A stretch of DNA of 64,000 bases from Octopus sinensis (taxonomy: Eukaryota): contig NC_043004.1 of NCBI RefSeq assembly GCF_006345805.1, positions 10,974,001 to 11,038,000 of the forward strand. Direction: 5' to 3'. Position numbers and translations under genes: made by a program. This document shows, piece by piece, positions 12,564 to 26,045 of the stretch. How positions within the stretch are numbered: position 1 is the first letter of the stretch; the number at the start of each line of letters is the position of its first letter. Under the pieces are notes generated by a model that did not search any database, was not told the DNA's origin, and saw nothing but the letters and a program-made list of their open reading frames with translations.

Positions 12564-13894
12564 TATATACATATATATGTATGTACGCATGTATTTCTGG
12601 GCATGATTATATGACTGTGCACTTACATATATACATATGTTTGTGTGTATATCAGAGGTTTCTGTGCAGTTTTCGACTACCAAAATTTAGTCCCAAGTCT
12701 TTATACTGATTGATACTATGAATATATTATACTATTGAATATTCAACATATAAATGTCTGTGCATATATTTTCGGTGAAATTGCAAAAAGAAAATCCAGT
12801 ATATTAGTTAGGTCGTAAATTTTGAGAATTTTATATAATTTAATGTATATTAAATCAGTTTTGTTATCTTTATCTTTCAGCTTCTGTCGTTCAATGTTGC
12901 GGAAATTATCAGATGAATGAGAATAATTATTAACACTTATGTTTTCTTTGTTTCGTTGTTCAGTATTGCTTATCTCCGCAATCTACTAACATCGTGCGTA
13001 GGACTATAGGCCTGGTCTTGGAAATTTCCTTTGCGAATCGCAGTTCTGGTCAATTTGGGTAATATTTACTTCTGCACATGTCTAGTGGGCTACCCAAATA
13101 TATAACCTCATTTCTCAACGTAGCCGATATTGTTCAAGAATAATTCAAAAGTTGGCTTGTGTTACGTCTCACACGTTGCTGTGAGAATGCAACCAGCGAA
13201 ACAGATTGCACTGGACAGCCATATGTTTATCGAACTCAAAGCGATGGAGTATTCTATTGGACCATCATAACAATCTCTTTATCTTCAAGTACATAAACAG
13301 GATGATAAAAATGGAGTTTTCGACATTTGTTTTTAGCATTTGATTAACTCGTACAACGTCTTTTACAAAGCTTTGCTCGCTGTTGGTGAAGTGGGCGAAA
13401 AAACTCACTCATAGGCTATCCTCAAATCAGAAGATAGTTCCAAAAGTTTGTAGCAAGATCGATTACTCTAAAGTCACCTATGAATCGCGAGCACACAGTA
13501 ACTGAAGCTGTTTTGTTTGGCTGTACCACGTAATTTTGAGTTTATCACTAAAAATAACGATGCTTCTGTCAATGAAAGAATTGTAAACACAAAGCTACGT
13601 GGCTGTCTTGCAGGAGTATAGTAAAATGAAACCCTACACGCAAAGCGTATTCACGGGTTCAAGGCTTTAAAACGTATTTCGGGTTAAGAAGTAAAACTTA
13701 CCAACCAGCTTCCGTATAGAATCCTTTTACTTTCTTATTTTCTTTACTTTATTCAGAATTTTTGTCGTCACTCAAGGTCAAAGCAGTGGTATATATCTCT
13801 GAATGGCTAATTGCGATGAAAACTTGTGTCATATAAACAGTGATAAGAACTGATTTCAACGTAACGATGGAATGGAGGACATATTTGGTACATA

Positions 13895-14128
13895 TTTATT
13901 TCTTTATTGCCCACAAGGGGTTAAACATAGAGGAGACAAACAAGGACAGACAAGGGAATTAAGTCGATTACATCGATCCCAGTGATTAACTGGTACTTAT
14001 TTAATCGACCCCGAAATGATGAAAAGCAAAGTCGACCTCGGCGGAATTTGAACTCAGAACGTAACGGCAGACAAAATCCCGCTAGGCATTTCGCCCGGCG
14101 TGCTAACGTTTCTGCAACCTCGCTGCCT
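13895..14128 (-). mobile_element. SINE family B monomer
   Basis: Full head, core and tail; TSD-like CATATTTGGTACAT / CATATTTAATACAT. Confidence 0.9.
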
Positions 14129-14771
14129 CATATTTAATACATTTGGCTGAAATCGGACTCGGAAGAATGCTAGATCAGAATGTAACAGGGAAATTGTTCC
14201 CGGACAAATTCCTCTTCTTATTTCTTAACACATGTAGATATTTTCTGTGTCAGGCTAGGCTGAAAGTATAATCAATGGTAGTCACAGAAACAGAATGAGG
14301 TTTGATGTGAACAAGAGTATCATTTCAAGTAACACTGTGGAAGTTATATAGTTTCGTCTATGTATGAGCAGTTTTAGTAACTGTGCTCTGAATTCAGAAT
14401 ATACAGGCTTATACAAATGGTTAACCCCTTTGCGAAATATACGTATGTGCAAGGGTGTGTATGTGGAAATGGAAGACTGCGCAGAATCCGCAGCTGAGCG
14501 TAGTTGAATTTACATGGTCAGGATGTGGTGTTGTGTGTGGATATGTGAACTGGATAAACACATATATGCCATTTTACTAGGCGTGTGAATATGTATTTCC
14601 TTGCATTGAGTATATGTGAATTTATTGTATTACTCTTGAGAGCTTTGATGTTAGTAATTTCGGTCGATTTGAATGGTCAGTTTACTGATATTTACGAATA
14701 CCTATATGTAGAATGTATGAAGTATGCTTGTGTCAAATGTATGTGCCTCACAGTTTTCATTGCATGAATGA

Positions 14772-14811
<40 letters not shown>

Positions 14812-14813
14812 TA

Positions 14814-14849
<36 letters not shown>

Positions 14850-14967
14850 TGTATGTATGTATCTATAAAGTTATCCAAATATGAAAACACAAAGAGAAAA
14901 CGCAACGCGAGGACGTGAAAAAAGTATAGTGTTATTGGACGCTCAGGAAAGAAGGAAAGAAAGAGGC

Positions 14968-15000
14968 TTTAACGTTTCGAGCGGAGCTCTTCGTCAGAAA
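14968..15000 (-). ncRNA. Minimal hammerhead motif within a ~200-bp Penelope-type terminal module (about 14865-15075)
   Basis: Minus strand TTT-CTGACGA-A-GAGC-tcc-GCTC-GAAAC-GTT-AAA; downstream TCCTGAGCG is shared with the 23.5 kb and 46.7 kb modules. Confidence 0.7.
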
Positions 15001-15202
15001 CATAGGAAAAGGAAAGGCCCAAAGAAGGGAAGACGGAGGAAAAAAATCGCCAACGGTACACACGCGGTCACATCCCTTTTTTTATCTTGAAAATTGAAAT
15101 GTAGTGAAAGTCGGTTTAAATACTTTGTAATCGTTCTTACACTCATCTATATTAATGTTTGCTTTCAGTTTAGCATTCAGCCTTATTCATTATTTTTTCC
15201 TT

Positions 15203-15248
<46 letters not shown>

Positions 15249-15616
15249 TTATTTATTTATTTATTTATTTATATATATATATATATAATATATAAAACTT
15301 ACTGTTAACAAAAGTCGGGATACGTGGAGTTCAGTTAATCAATAAATGAAAAATCCATTAAATACTACAAAACGAACCTGCAAGACAGACACAGAAGGCA
15401 GTAATTCTTCATGAGTTATCGACCGAAAGTTCTAATACCCAGTTTCGTGCCTTTCACCATAGGACTGAGAACAGAGGACATAGAATTAGGGCTCGAGCAA
15501 ATAAGACAATGCAGAGGTGGACGTACTAAAGTAAATAAAATGTAATTTGAAACAATGGACGAAGACATTAATTAAAGCCTTTCGGCCAACGCGACATATG
15601 TGTATGTGTATATATA

Positions 15617-15675
<59 letters not shown>

Positions 15676-15719
15676 TGTGTATGTATATATGTATATATAT
15701 TAGATAAAAAGACAAGCAA

Positions 15720-15746
15720 ACAAATAGACAGACAGACAGATAGATT

Positions 15747-15779
<33 letters not shown>

Positions 15780-15787
15780 GCAGACAA

Positions 15788-15854
<67 letters not shown>

Positions 15855-15868
15855 GATAGATAGATAGC
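15720..15868. repeat. (GACA)n/(GATA)n microsatellite
   Basis: Read directly. Confidence 0.95.
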
Positions 15869-16387
15869 CATATGAATTTAGTCTGCGTGCCAATTTTGGG
15901 TATCTTCAGAAAAAAATGATAATTAATGCCTACCCAATTAAAGTATGTACTGCTTTATGTACCGTTGTGCTTAGTTTCTCCCAAACTATATAATCGCTAT
16001 TATCGTTTGTATGGGCAGGATGGGTTTACAAAATTTTTTATGAAATATTAAATTAAAACGAACACCAGTCGGTTCGGTCCTTCATGCACCCTCCCGAATA
16101 AATTTTCGCGTGGGCCTAATAAGAATTTAAATCAATTATGTGAGCCAAAGAACTGAATAATTCATAAACGATACTGCACTTGTCCCTAATAAATAATATG
16201 CTATACCAATGTGTTCCGGGAGAGTTTGACGTCCACACATGCTTTCTTGTGAGCAGAATAACAAAGAATAACGAATTTTGTCCAGTGACATTTCAAACAA
16301 GAGAAGCTGGTCGTGTTTATGTCAGACTTGTGGTTTATTACCGAGTTTTATTATATCTCTGCCTTAGAGATATAAAGATATGAAGCG

Positions 16388-16418
<31 letters not shown>

Positions 16419-16671
16419 TGGATGGATGGATGCATTTATACATATATATATGCACACGTGTGTGCGTGTGTGTATATGTATGCGAAGGTATGTGTATATA
16501 TATACGTGTGTATATACGTGTGTATATATATATATATGTATGTATACTTAAGTTTCATTCTCTCAATATATATACATATTTATATATATATGTGTGTGTG
16601 TGTCTCTATCTTTATCTCTCTCTCTCGCTCTCTCTCTCTATATATATATACATATACATATATATATATAT

Positions 16672-16724
<53 letters not shown>

Positions 16725-17584
16725 GAAAGACAGAGAGAGATAGGTAGATAAGTAGATCGATAGTTGGATAGATATAAATATATATGTATTTTAAGCATGC
16801 ATAACATGTATATGTAATATGTGTGTGCATATATACGGGTATGTATTCATATACATATACACACATACACACGTATATATATATATATGCATTTACATAT
16901 ACATATACGCAATCATTCATATATGGATACATACATATACGCACGATATCCTGTGAGATATGGGGGACAATCTCTTAATAGCTATTCGCTTGATTCATTT
17001 TGTAATTTTCCTCGATTTTTCTATACAAATATGTAAAGCATTTTATATTTCTACCTCCCTGGATATCGGAATATAATAATGAAGGCAATGAAACAAAAGA
17101 AAATTTCCTGCATGCAAAACATGGGCTGGAAATGTCGCGAGATATCCCAACATATTCCATTAATATCTTTGATAAATTACATCATTTTTACATAGAAAAA
17201 AATATAAACAAATTGAAACCTGAACGTGAGTATGAGCTTACATACATACATGTATACAAATACATACAACATACACACATGCACACACACACATATTTGT
17301 GTGTGTATGTGTGTAAGTGTGTATGTGAGTGTGTGTGTATTTATATCTATATCCGTATAAGTAGTTAGATAGCTACACACATATATATCTCTAAACATGT
17401 GTGTGTGTGTGTATGAAATATACATGCATATATATATATTCCAATATCTACACACACACACATATACATATACATATACATATATATTGCACAGTGATAT
17501 ATATACTGAGAGGTATGTATCTGGTTAGATATATGTATGCACACATACAGATGTATATATATATATTATATATATATTATATAT

Positions 17585-17626
<42 letters not shown>

Positions 17627-17993
17627 ATATATATGCACCTATATACACATCACACATATGTTCATATATATATTGGCATAGATGTCTTGATATATACACA
17701 GGCATACACCTACACACACATACACACAAACATACACACACACACATACACACATATATTAATATATTTATATGGGTATGTATAAAAAGTATATATAAGT
17801 TACAAAAGAAACAAAAAAAAACAAAGAAACAAAATAAAAACAAAACACAATGTTGGATATAATTCATTGTAAACCTCAGATGGGAATAGAAAATTTAGAG
17901 TTATCAAAGTAGAAGTCATTTTCTGAAGAATGATGGAATGTTTGCGAGATAAAGTTGTTGGCCAATAAAACAGATAAAACGGTGGATGATGGC

Positions 17994-18012
17994 ACATCGT
18001 CGTCATCATCAG

Positions 18013-18055
<43 letters not shown>

Positions 18056-18150
18056 GTCATCGTCGTCATTATGTTGAACATTTTTCCTATTATTCCTGTT
18101 AATTTCATCATTATCGTCATCGTCATCATCATCATCGTCATCATCTTCAT

Positions 18151-18183
<33 letters not shown>

Positions 18184-18420
18184 TATCTTCATCACCATCT
18201 TCATCATCATCATCATCATCATCATCGTCGTCATCATCATCGTCATCATCTTCATCATCATCATCATCATCATCATCATGAATAAAGCAAAAACAACAAC
18301 CACTGCCGCCGTCACTTCAGCCACACAAAACCACCACCGCCACTACCACCAATACAACGACCGCCACCACTACCACCAAAACCACTACCATCACCACCAC
18401 CACAACACAGCCGCCTCCAC
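17994..18420. repeat. (ATC)n followed by (ACC)n low-complexity tract
   Basis: Read directly; accounts for the poly-M, poly-I and poly-H ORFs. Confidence 0.95.
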
Positions 18421-18440
18421 CTCCGCTACCGTCACAATTA

Positions 18441-18859
18441 TCTATTTCTTTACTACCCACAAGGAGCTAAACACAGAGGGAACAAACAAGGGCAGACAAA
18501 CGGATTAAGTCGATTATATCGACCCCAGTGCGTAACTGGTACTTATTTAATCGACACTGAAAGGATGAAAGGCAAAGTCGAACGCGGCGGCATTTGAACT
18601 CAGAACGTAGCGGCAGACGAAATACCTATTTCTTTATTACCCACAAGGGGCTAAACATAGAGGGGACAAACAAGGACAGACATAGGTATTAAGTCGATTA
18701 CATCTACCCCAGTGCGTAACTGGTACTTAATTTAACGACCCCGAAAGGATAAAAGGCAAAGTCAACCTCGGCGGAATTTGAACTCAGAACGTAACGACAG
18801 ACGAAATACAGCTACGCATTTCGCCCGGTGTGCTACCGTTTCTGCCAGCTCACCGCCTT
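18441..18859 (-). mobile_element. SINE family B dimer
   Basis: Two body units plus one head; TSD-like ACCGTCACAATTAT / ACCGCCACTATTAT. Confidence 0.9.
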
Positions 18860-19376
18860 TCACCATACCGCCACTATTATCACCATCGTTGTTGTTATTT
18901 TTGTTATTTTGTTGTTTTTTTTTGCTTATATCATATTGGTAGAGAAACAATCATATAACTTACAATATCTCTTTACAGCTTTTTCAGCTCGAATCCGATC
19001 TTAGAATAACCTCTACGTTTCTGTTTTGTGACCTTTCACATTCGTACTGTGTAAAGTAAATACTGAAGTAAATACGTGTAAAGTACCATCTTTACATAAT
19101 CTTGCATCAAATTTTTCTTCAGCCTGAAGCAAGTGTGCAAGATTTCCTTCCATTCAGTGAAGTAACAGTCTGTTGTAATTGAACACTAATGTGCCCTGTA
19201 CCCATTTTTAGGGGAGCAACATGCAATGATTGATTGCTTTGCTCTAGTTGGGAATTGAAACCACGACCTATCGAACGTAAGGTCTATTCGAGAAAGCGAC
19301 ACTTTCATCAATAGACCACGCGTCTTCACAAAAGTTCTTATGCTTTTCTCTAAATAGCTTCTTCTCGTCCTCATCG

Positions 19377-19755
19377 ATATAATATAAATCATAAGAGCGG
19401 TGAGCTTGTAGAATCGTTAGCACGCCGGGTAAAACGTCTTAAATTTATGGGTTCAAATTTCTCTCTTTCGAGGGTCATTAAAATAAATACTAGCTGAGCA
19501 CTGGGTCAACGTAATCGATTTGCACCCTCCCCGATATTGCTGGCCTTGTGTCAAAATTTGAAACCGATATGATATAAATCATAAGATAAGAGCGGTGAAC
19601 TGGTAGGGTCGTTGCACGCCGGGCAAAACGTCTTAAATTTCTGGATTCAAATTTCATTCTTTCGGGATCACTAAAATAGGCTCAACGTAATCGACTTGCA
19701 CCCTCCCCGGTCTTGCTGGCCTTGTGCCAAAAATTGAAACCGATATGATATATAC
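19377..19755 (+). mobile_element. Tandem pair of internally deleted SINE B variants with an alternative tail
   Basis: Two ~190-bp units with the same deletion junction AAAACGTCTTAAATTT and tails of the GCTGGCCTTGTG-CAAAA-TTGAAACC type. Confidence 0.8.
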
Positions 19756-19789
19756 CGCTATTATTAGGAGGTTTTTGTCCTAGAGCGAT

Positions 19790-20000
19790 TGATTGGCCGA
19801 ATCCTTTCTGCGTCGGATAAAATGCATTGTCGTATTTGTTCCGGCACTTTATGTTCTGAGTTCAAATGATGCTGAGTTCAACTTTTCTTTACATCACTTC
19901 GAAGGACGATAGAATAAACTACTAGTCAAATAGTAAGGTCAAAATAATCGATTAGCCACGTATCCTCTAACTGTATGCCTAAATTACAAACAATTATTAA
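19790..20000 (+). mobile_element. Old SINE B-related copy
   Basis: TTATGTTCTGAGTTCAAAT ... CAACTTTTCTTTACATC ... GATAGAATAAACTACTAG. Confidence 0.55.
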
Positions 20001-20941
20001 GAAAGTCACTGTAAACGCAGGATCGCTAAATCGCACAACAAAATATCTTAGGATTTCGTTTATGCCGTTTCTAACTTCTTAGTTCAATCACATAACAGCC
20101 AATAAAATAAGTGCATTTGAACATACTGAAAGGTAAAGCGATAGCGTGAAATCGAGCTTGGGATTAACTCTTTGAACTCGTAATTATGTGTAAGCAGGCA
20201 TGAATTCATTTGACTTACTCTTAGGAGAGGAAAAACCCAGTGAACATATATAGTTTTGTGCTTTACAGCTTGCTAATTAACAGTAACATCGCTGTTTGCA
20301 GCCGTAAATACAAACTTCATGGCTGCTCGCTTTTATGTCTTTCAAATGCAATTGCACTCAGTAAAACTTGTGATTTGAAAAGGATAAATAGAGAGGTAAA
20401 AGACAAAATAATTAACTTATTATACTCCACCACATCCTCAGGGGTGCGATGGTGGATACAGTGTTTCAACTGGCGTTGTTGCATTTGAGAGCTGAGTATA
20501 TATTGTATACGTTTTATTCATATTCCTTAGCTGATACGTTACACGCTCGATGGAAAGTACTTCTTTACTAAACATATTTCTTCTTGCCCATAGATTAGCG
20601 ATTTGGATTCGTAAACTACCATTCTTATGAGTGGCGGAATATTCGTGAAATTTTAGAATAGTTTGAGCGTCGGAAAAAAATGTTGTGGCGTATTTCCTTA
20701 AATGTCTTAACGTTCCAGATATCAAACTCTATGGATATTAACTAAAATACAGTACTAGGATCACAATATGACTTTTCCTTTCACCGAAACTTGGGGTTTT
20801 GTGTTTAAGTTATACATTATTATTATAAGTACGGAAAGAGATGCCCAGCGGTGTATTGTTATATGCTTAAATGTTGTGATTTAATGTGTCGTCGAGGGAA
20901 CTTTCGAGCTCGGGAATTACACTTGACTACCGATACCTATA

Positions 20942-22226
20942 CGAGGTCTGATCAATAAGTATCCGGACTGTTGCAATAGTAACGAAACTCAACCACGCAG
21001 GGAAAAGCCGCTTGGCAAATATTGACCTTGACCTCTACGTACATACGCACTAAGTATTAACGATCCAGCCCACTTCCGCTGTTTATAGTAGAACTTCGAA
21101 TGAAAGTGTGTAGCGTGTGATCGTTGCATTGACCATGACATGGTGATACCTTCTCAGAGACCTACACAAAGTTGCAGAAAGTGTATGGAGACGAATGCAG
21201 AAGCTGCACACAAGTGAACGAGTGGTTCAGACTTTTCCAAGATGGCCGAAAAAGTGTCGATAGTGACAAAAGTTATGGGAGACCTGTAATCAGTAAAACA
21301 GAGAAAAACATCGTAGATGTGCGAGCCACTGTGAGAGGAAATCGTTGATTCCAGCATCAGTGAGTTATCAGAGGATGACCAGATTACTTACGGTTCATTT
21401 CAGTCCATTATCACCGAAGCTTTGGGTATGAGACGCCGATATACCAAGTTTATACTAAAACCGCTTTCGGCTGACTAAAAGTAGACTCGGGTTTCAGATG
21501 CACCAGATCCATTTCATTGCGACGAGAACGATGAAAAATTTTCGAGCATGTTATTAGGCGTAGGAGTGGCTGTGATGTAAGTAACTTGCCTACCAGCCAC
21601 ATGGATCCGAGTTCAGTCCTACTGCGTGGCACTGGGCAGGTGTCTTCTACTATAGCCTCTGGCCGACCAAAGCCTTGTGAGTGGATTTGGTAGACGGAAA
21701 CTGAAAGAAGCCCATCGTATATATGTATATATATGTGTATGTGTGTGTGTTAGTATGTTTGTGTATCTGTATTTGTCCCCAAACATCGCTTGACAACCGA
21801 TGCTAGTGTGTTTACGTTCCCGCAACTCAGTAGTTCGGCAAAAATGACCGATAGAATAAATACTAGGCTTACAAAGAATAAGTCCTGGGGTCAATTTGCC
21901 CGAGTAAAGGCGGTGCTCCAGCATGGCCAAAAGCAAATGACGGAAACAAGTAAGAAAAAAAAGAGTAAAGAGTAGGTATCGTTAAGATTTTGTTAAAATT
22001 TGATGCAGATTCTCTGGTCAACTTTTTCTGTCATTCAGTGCGACGATCACTCGTTGCACACCGTCAGTCCAAGCTCTGTTTCGAACAGCAGAAGTGAGCT
22101 AAAACGTTACATCTTAGTGTGCATGCACAGCAGAGTGCAAGGTTAATTTGTACCAAGCAACCTCACTTTGCGTGCTTTAGCTCCGATACTATGGCAACAG
22201 TTCAAACATTCATTGATCAGACCCGG
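20942..22226 (+). mobile_element. Non-autonomous mariner derivative with inverted ends of about 200-250 bp
   Basis: TA-CGAGGTCTGATCAATAAG ... TTGATCAGACCCGG-TA; internal HTH relic SETYTKLQKVYGDEC..EWFRLFQDGRKSVDSD..GRP; 20942-21140 matches the reverse complement of 22030-22226. Confidence 0.85.
21556..21973 (+). mobile_element. SINE family A, full length, nested in the mariner derivative
   Basis: Matches 249-650. Confidence 0.9.
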
Positions 22227-22678
22227 TATCTTTTAGTTTGACTAACAGTCAAGCTATAAGCAATCTACGCAAGTGAATGACCGTACATAGATCCCAGCTT
22301 AAAATACGGGAATACAGAAACATACAGAAATGAATACATCGAAATTTCCGACACTAATGAACAACCCAACTTTAGAATTTTGCCTCCTATAAATTTAGGG
22401 ACAATGAACCTATAATCAGCGTAGTAGCAAAGAATCATATTTCATCGCAAAATATAAACCTCCTTTGAATGGTTACATCACAGATGACATTACTACAAGG
22501 ATCTTAGAATAATACCGAAGCAAATATTAAAAACGATGGATATATTAAGAGCAGTCGCTACCCATGAATTTATTTAGAACAGTTCCTGCCACTACTGCTA
22601 CAACCACAAGTCACTTTTAAATCGCTTGACCCTTAAAGTAGATTTTACGAACAACCTCTATTACTGGGTCATACCACT

Positions 22679-22838
22679 CTCTTCTTCTTCTCTTCTTCTT
22701 CTTCTTCTTCTTCTTCTTCTTCTTCTTCTTCTTCTTCTTCTTCTTCTTCTTCTTCTTCTTCTTCTTCTTCTTCTTCTTCTTCTTCTTCTTCTTCTTCTTC
22801 TTCTTCTTCTTCTTCTTCTTCTGCTTCTGCTTCTGCTG
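22679..22838. repeat. (CTT)n microsatellite
   Basis: Read directly. Confidence 0.95.
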
Positions 22839-22954
22839 CGGCTTAAACCATCAAACCCCAGAAAGAAATATTTCTCTACTCCCATAAAAGACTAATTTTT
22901 AAAGATCTGCTACTACCTACCGAGCTTTCAAAAAGGAAGAGAGAGAGAGAGAGT

Positions 22955-22987
<33 letters not shown>

Positions 22988-23337
22988 AAGAGAGAGAGAC
23001 AGATAGACAGACAGATAGACAGGCAGACAGAAAAAAGGAAAACGTCCCACCTATTTGAAGAAGATGAAAATATTTACTGAACATTTCATTTAATTTTTTC
23101 TTCAATTTAATTATTTTTCTTCTTTCTTTTGCTCTTAATTGGAAAAACTCGAAAAGACTGAAAACGGTACTCAACGTAACAAGATGTATTTCATTTTATT
23201 TTACCATTTCCTATCTTGTCTTATTTTCCTTACACTTACCATCAACTCATGTGTTACTTTTCAAACTTCTACATATATACATACATAGATATATGTGTGT
23301 TTGAGTGTGTGTGCGTGTAGGTATATATATATGTATA

Positions 23338-23390
<53 letters not shown>

Positions 23391-23428
23391 TTGTGTATTT
23401 GTATGTATATTATGTATAAATATATATG

Positions 23429-23460
<32 letters not shown>

Positions 23461-23570
23461 ATATATATTATATATATATAGGGAAAGTTTACGAATAAGA
23501 CAAAAGACGAAGACAGGTGGTGTACAAAACAAACAAATGTATTAGTATAACGCTCAGGAATAGCAAAAGT

Positions 23571-23606
23571 CTTTTACGTTTCGAGCCTACGCTCTTCTAC
23601 AGAAAG
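23571..23606 (-). ncRNA. Minimal hammerhead-like motif with variant core CUGUAGA, in module 23481-23655
   Basis: Minus strand CTTT-CTGTAGA-A-GAGC-gtag-GCTC-GAAAC-GTA-AAAG; the module 3' end abuts (TA)n. Confidence 0.65.
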
Positions 23607-23785
23607 GTACATAGAAAAAACAAGGAGAGAAAAAATGTGTGTAGTGGCTAAAGCACACACAAACACACACACCACACACACACACACACTCACACACACA
23701 TATATGACATAGAGAGATACACATGTGGGAGAAAAACAGAGAAAGATAAGGACAGATAGATAGATAGAGTGATAAAGAGAGATAG

Positions 23786-23854
<69 letters not shown>

Positions 23855-24094
23855 TAGAGAGAGGGGGGTGACGTTATCTCCTGGGGCTTTGCTATCGAAT
23901 CACTGATATGGTCACCTGGTAAACGATAGATATATGTTTCAAACAACGTGAGGTGCCCAGGTTCACTCTCTTGTGAAAATTACTTCTTTTATTTAATATA
24001 TTCTATCTATTGTACTTACTACCTGAAGGCACATAATTGCATAACCTAGTTCTTGGGATTTGGGGATCAGGATTGTTAGAAAATGCATTTACTT

Positions 24095-24718
24095 TTCATT
24101 ATTTACATTACTTACATTATTTACATTTGGTGGATATTTGTCCTCATCTTGTTTGTTGTTAACACAACGTTTTGGCTGAGATACCCCCCACCGCTATTAT
24201 CAGGTGTCTTGGGGAAATTTCGAACCTGGGTTCTCATTCCTAAGGTATTTTTCGATGTTATTACTATTATTATTATTGTTATTATTATTATTACTCTCTT
24301 TACTCTTTACTCTTTTACTTGTTTCAGTCATTTGACTGCGGCCATGCTGGAGCACCGCCTTTAGTCGAGCAAATCGACCCCGGAACTTATTCTTTGTAAG
24401 CCCAGTACTTATTCTATCGGTCTCTTTTGCCGAACCGCTAAGTGACGGGGACGTAAACACACCAGCATCGGTTGTCAGGCAATGCTAGGGGGACAAACAC
24501 AGACACACAAACACACACACACATACATATATATATATACATATATACGACAGGCTTCTTTCAGTTTCCGTCTACCAAATCCACTCACAAGGCATTGGTC
24601 GGCCCGGGGCTATAGCAGAAGACACATGCCCAAGATGCCACGCAGTGGGACTGAACCCAGAACCATGTGGTTGGTTAGCAAGCTACTTACCACACAGCCA
24701 CTCCTGCGCCTATTGTTA

Positions 24719-24781
<63 letters not shown>

Positions 24782-24902
24782 TCACAACCTGGATTCGAAC
24801 TCGGAATCTTGTTGTTAGTAACCCGCGCTCTTAACTATTATGCCATATGTAAACAACGTAAATAATGAACATAATTCCTCATCTCTTAAATATAGAACTG
24901 TA
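24095..24902 (-). mobile_element. Penelope-derived terminal unit: tRNA-like head, (AAT)n, mutated hammerhead, plus an inverted copy of its own 3' tip at the 5' side
   Basis: Head at 24779-24850 (B box GTTCGAATCC); hammerhead relic at 24161-24208, GACAC-CTGATAA..CAGCC-AAAAC-GTT-GTGTT; 24858-24902 is the inverted 3' tip seen at 53767-53812; homologous to 29715-29900. Confidence 0.8.
24292..24710 (-). mobile_element. SINE family A, full length, inserted in the (AAT)n tract of the Penelope-derived unit
   Basis: Reverse complement of 249-650. Confidence 0.9.
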
Positions 24903-25174
24903 TTATGCGTTTACTTGTCCAATTGGATGTCGCATATGTCCTTTTAGCAAGACACTTGGTTTTTGCATTGCCTCAGTCCATTGAGCACTTATTGTCTTTT
25001 AAAATATAAAGGGCATTAATATATGTTGTAAGAGATTATGGTAGCTTTGCATTCCATTTCCTTTAAGACATATAATATTGATTTCTAGCATAGGAACGAT
25101 GTCATAATTTTATGGTGACAATACGGTCGGCTTTTACGATCCCAGTACGTGCCTGGTAGCTGTTGAAGCGATAC

Positions 25175-25656
25175 AGACGAGGTCGCTGTGTGGTAAGAAG
25201 GTTGGTTCCCAACCACATGGTTCGGGGTTCAACCCCACTTCATATTGCCTTGGACAAGTGTCTTCTACTGGATTCTTTGGCCGACCAAAACCATGTGAGT
25301 GAATTAGGTAGCCGGAAACTGAAAGAAGTCCGGCGCACATATATCTATATCTATCTATGTCTCTCTCTCTCTCTCTCTCTCTATACATATATATATATAT
25401 ATATATATATATGTATCTATATATGTGTGTATGTGTGTTCGGGGGGGGGGCGTGTGTGCGGTCACGCATGTCTTTGTGAATGCGTTTCTCCAATCCCCCA
25501 TTGCTTAACGACCGGTAGTTGTATGTTTATGTCCCCGTAACATAACGGTTCAGGAAATTAACCGATAGAGTAAGAAACAGTTTTGAGAAAATAAATAGTT
25601 GCAATCGATTCTTCCGACTGAAAATACTTTAAGTCGGTGCCCCAGCATGGCTGCAG
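25175..25656 (+). mobile_element. SINE family A, diverged subfamily
   Basis: GCTGTGTGGTAAGAAG ... GGTGCCCCAGCATGG. Confidence 0.8.
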
Positions 25657-25659
25657 GCA

Positions 25660-26045
25660 TGGCACAAGGCCCGAAATATAGGGGGAGTGGGCCAGTCGAT
25701 TAGCTCTACCCCAGTACGCAACTGGTACTTAATTTATCGACTCCGAAAGGATCAAAGGCAAAGTCGAATTCGGCGGAGCTTGAACTCAGAACATAAAGAC
25801 AGACGAAATACCTATTTCTTTACTACCCACAAGGAGCTAAACACAGAGAGGACAAACAAGGACAGACACACGGATTAAGTCGATTATATCGACACCAGTG
25901 CGTAACTGGTACTTATTTAATCGACCCCGAAAGGATGAAAGGCAAAGTCGACCTCGGCGGAATTTGAATTCAGAACGTAGTGGCAGACGAAATACCGCTA
26001 AGCATCTCGCCTGGCATGCTAACGTTTCTGCCAGCTCGTCGCCTT
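25660..26045 (-). mobile_element. SINE family B composite (head, standard unit, then core with alternative tail)
   Basis: The 3'-most unit ends TTTCGGGCCTTGTGCC on the minus strand. Confidence 0.85.

Noticed and set aside
15295-15597. Island between (TA)n tracts with minus-strand CGAAAC-TGG-GTA and GGCCGAAAGG
   Set aside because: No CUGANGA partner found; not callable.
17800-18508. Long poly-M, poly-I and poly-H ORFs (similar ones at 7151-7547, 22626-22895, 31738-32268, 56460-57413)
   Set aside because: They are translations of trinucleotide microsatellites.
24858-24902. Tc1-like TIR (TA-CAGT..) bounding a MITE
   Set aside because: The copy at 53767-53880 shows this is the natural 3' tip of the Penelope-derived unit, here inverted.
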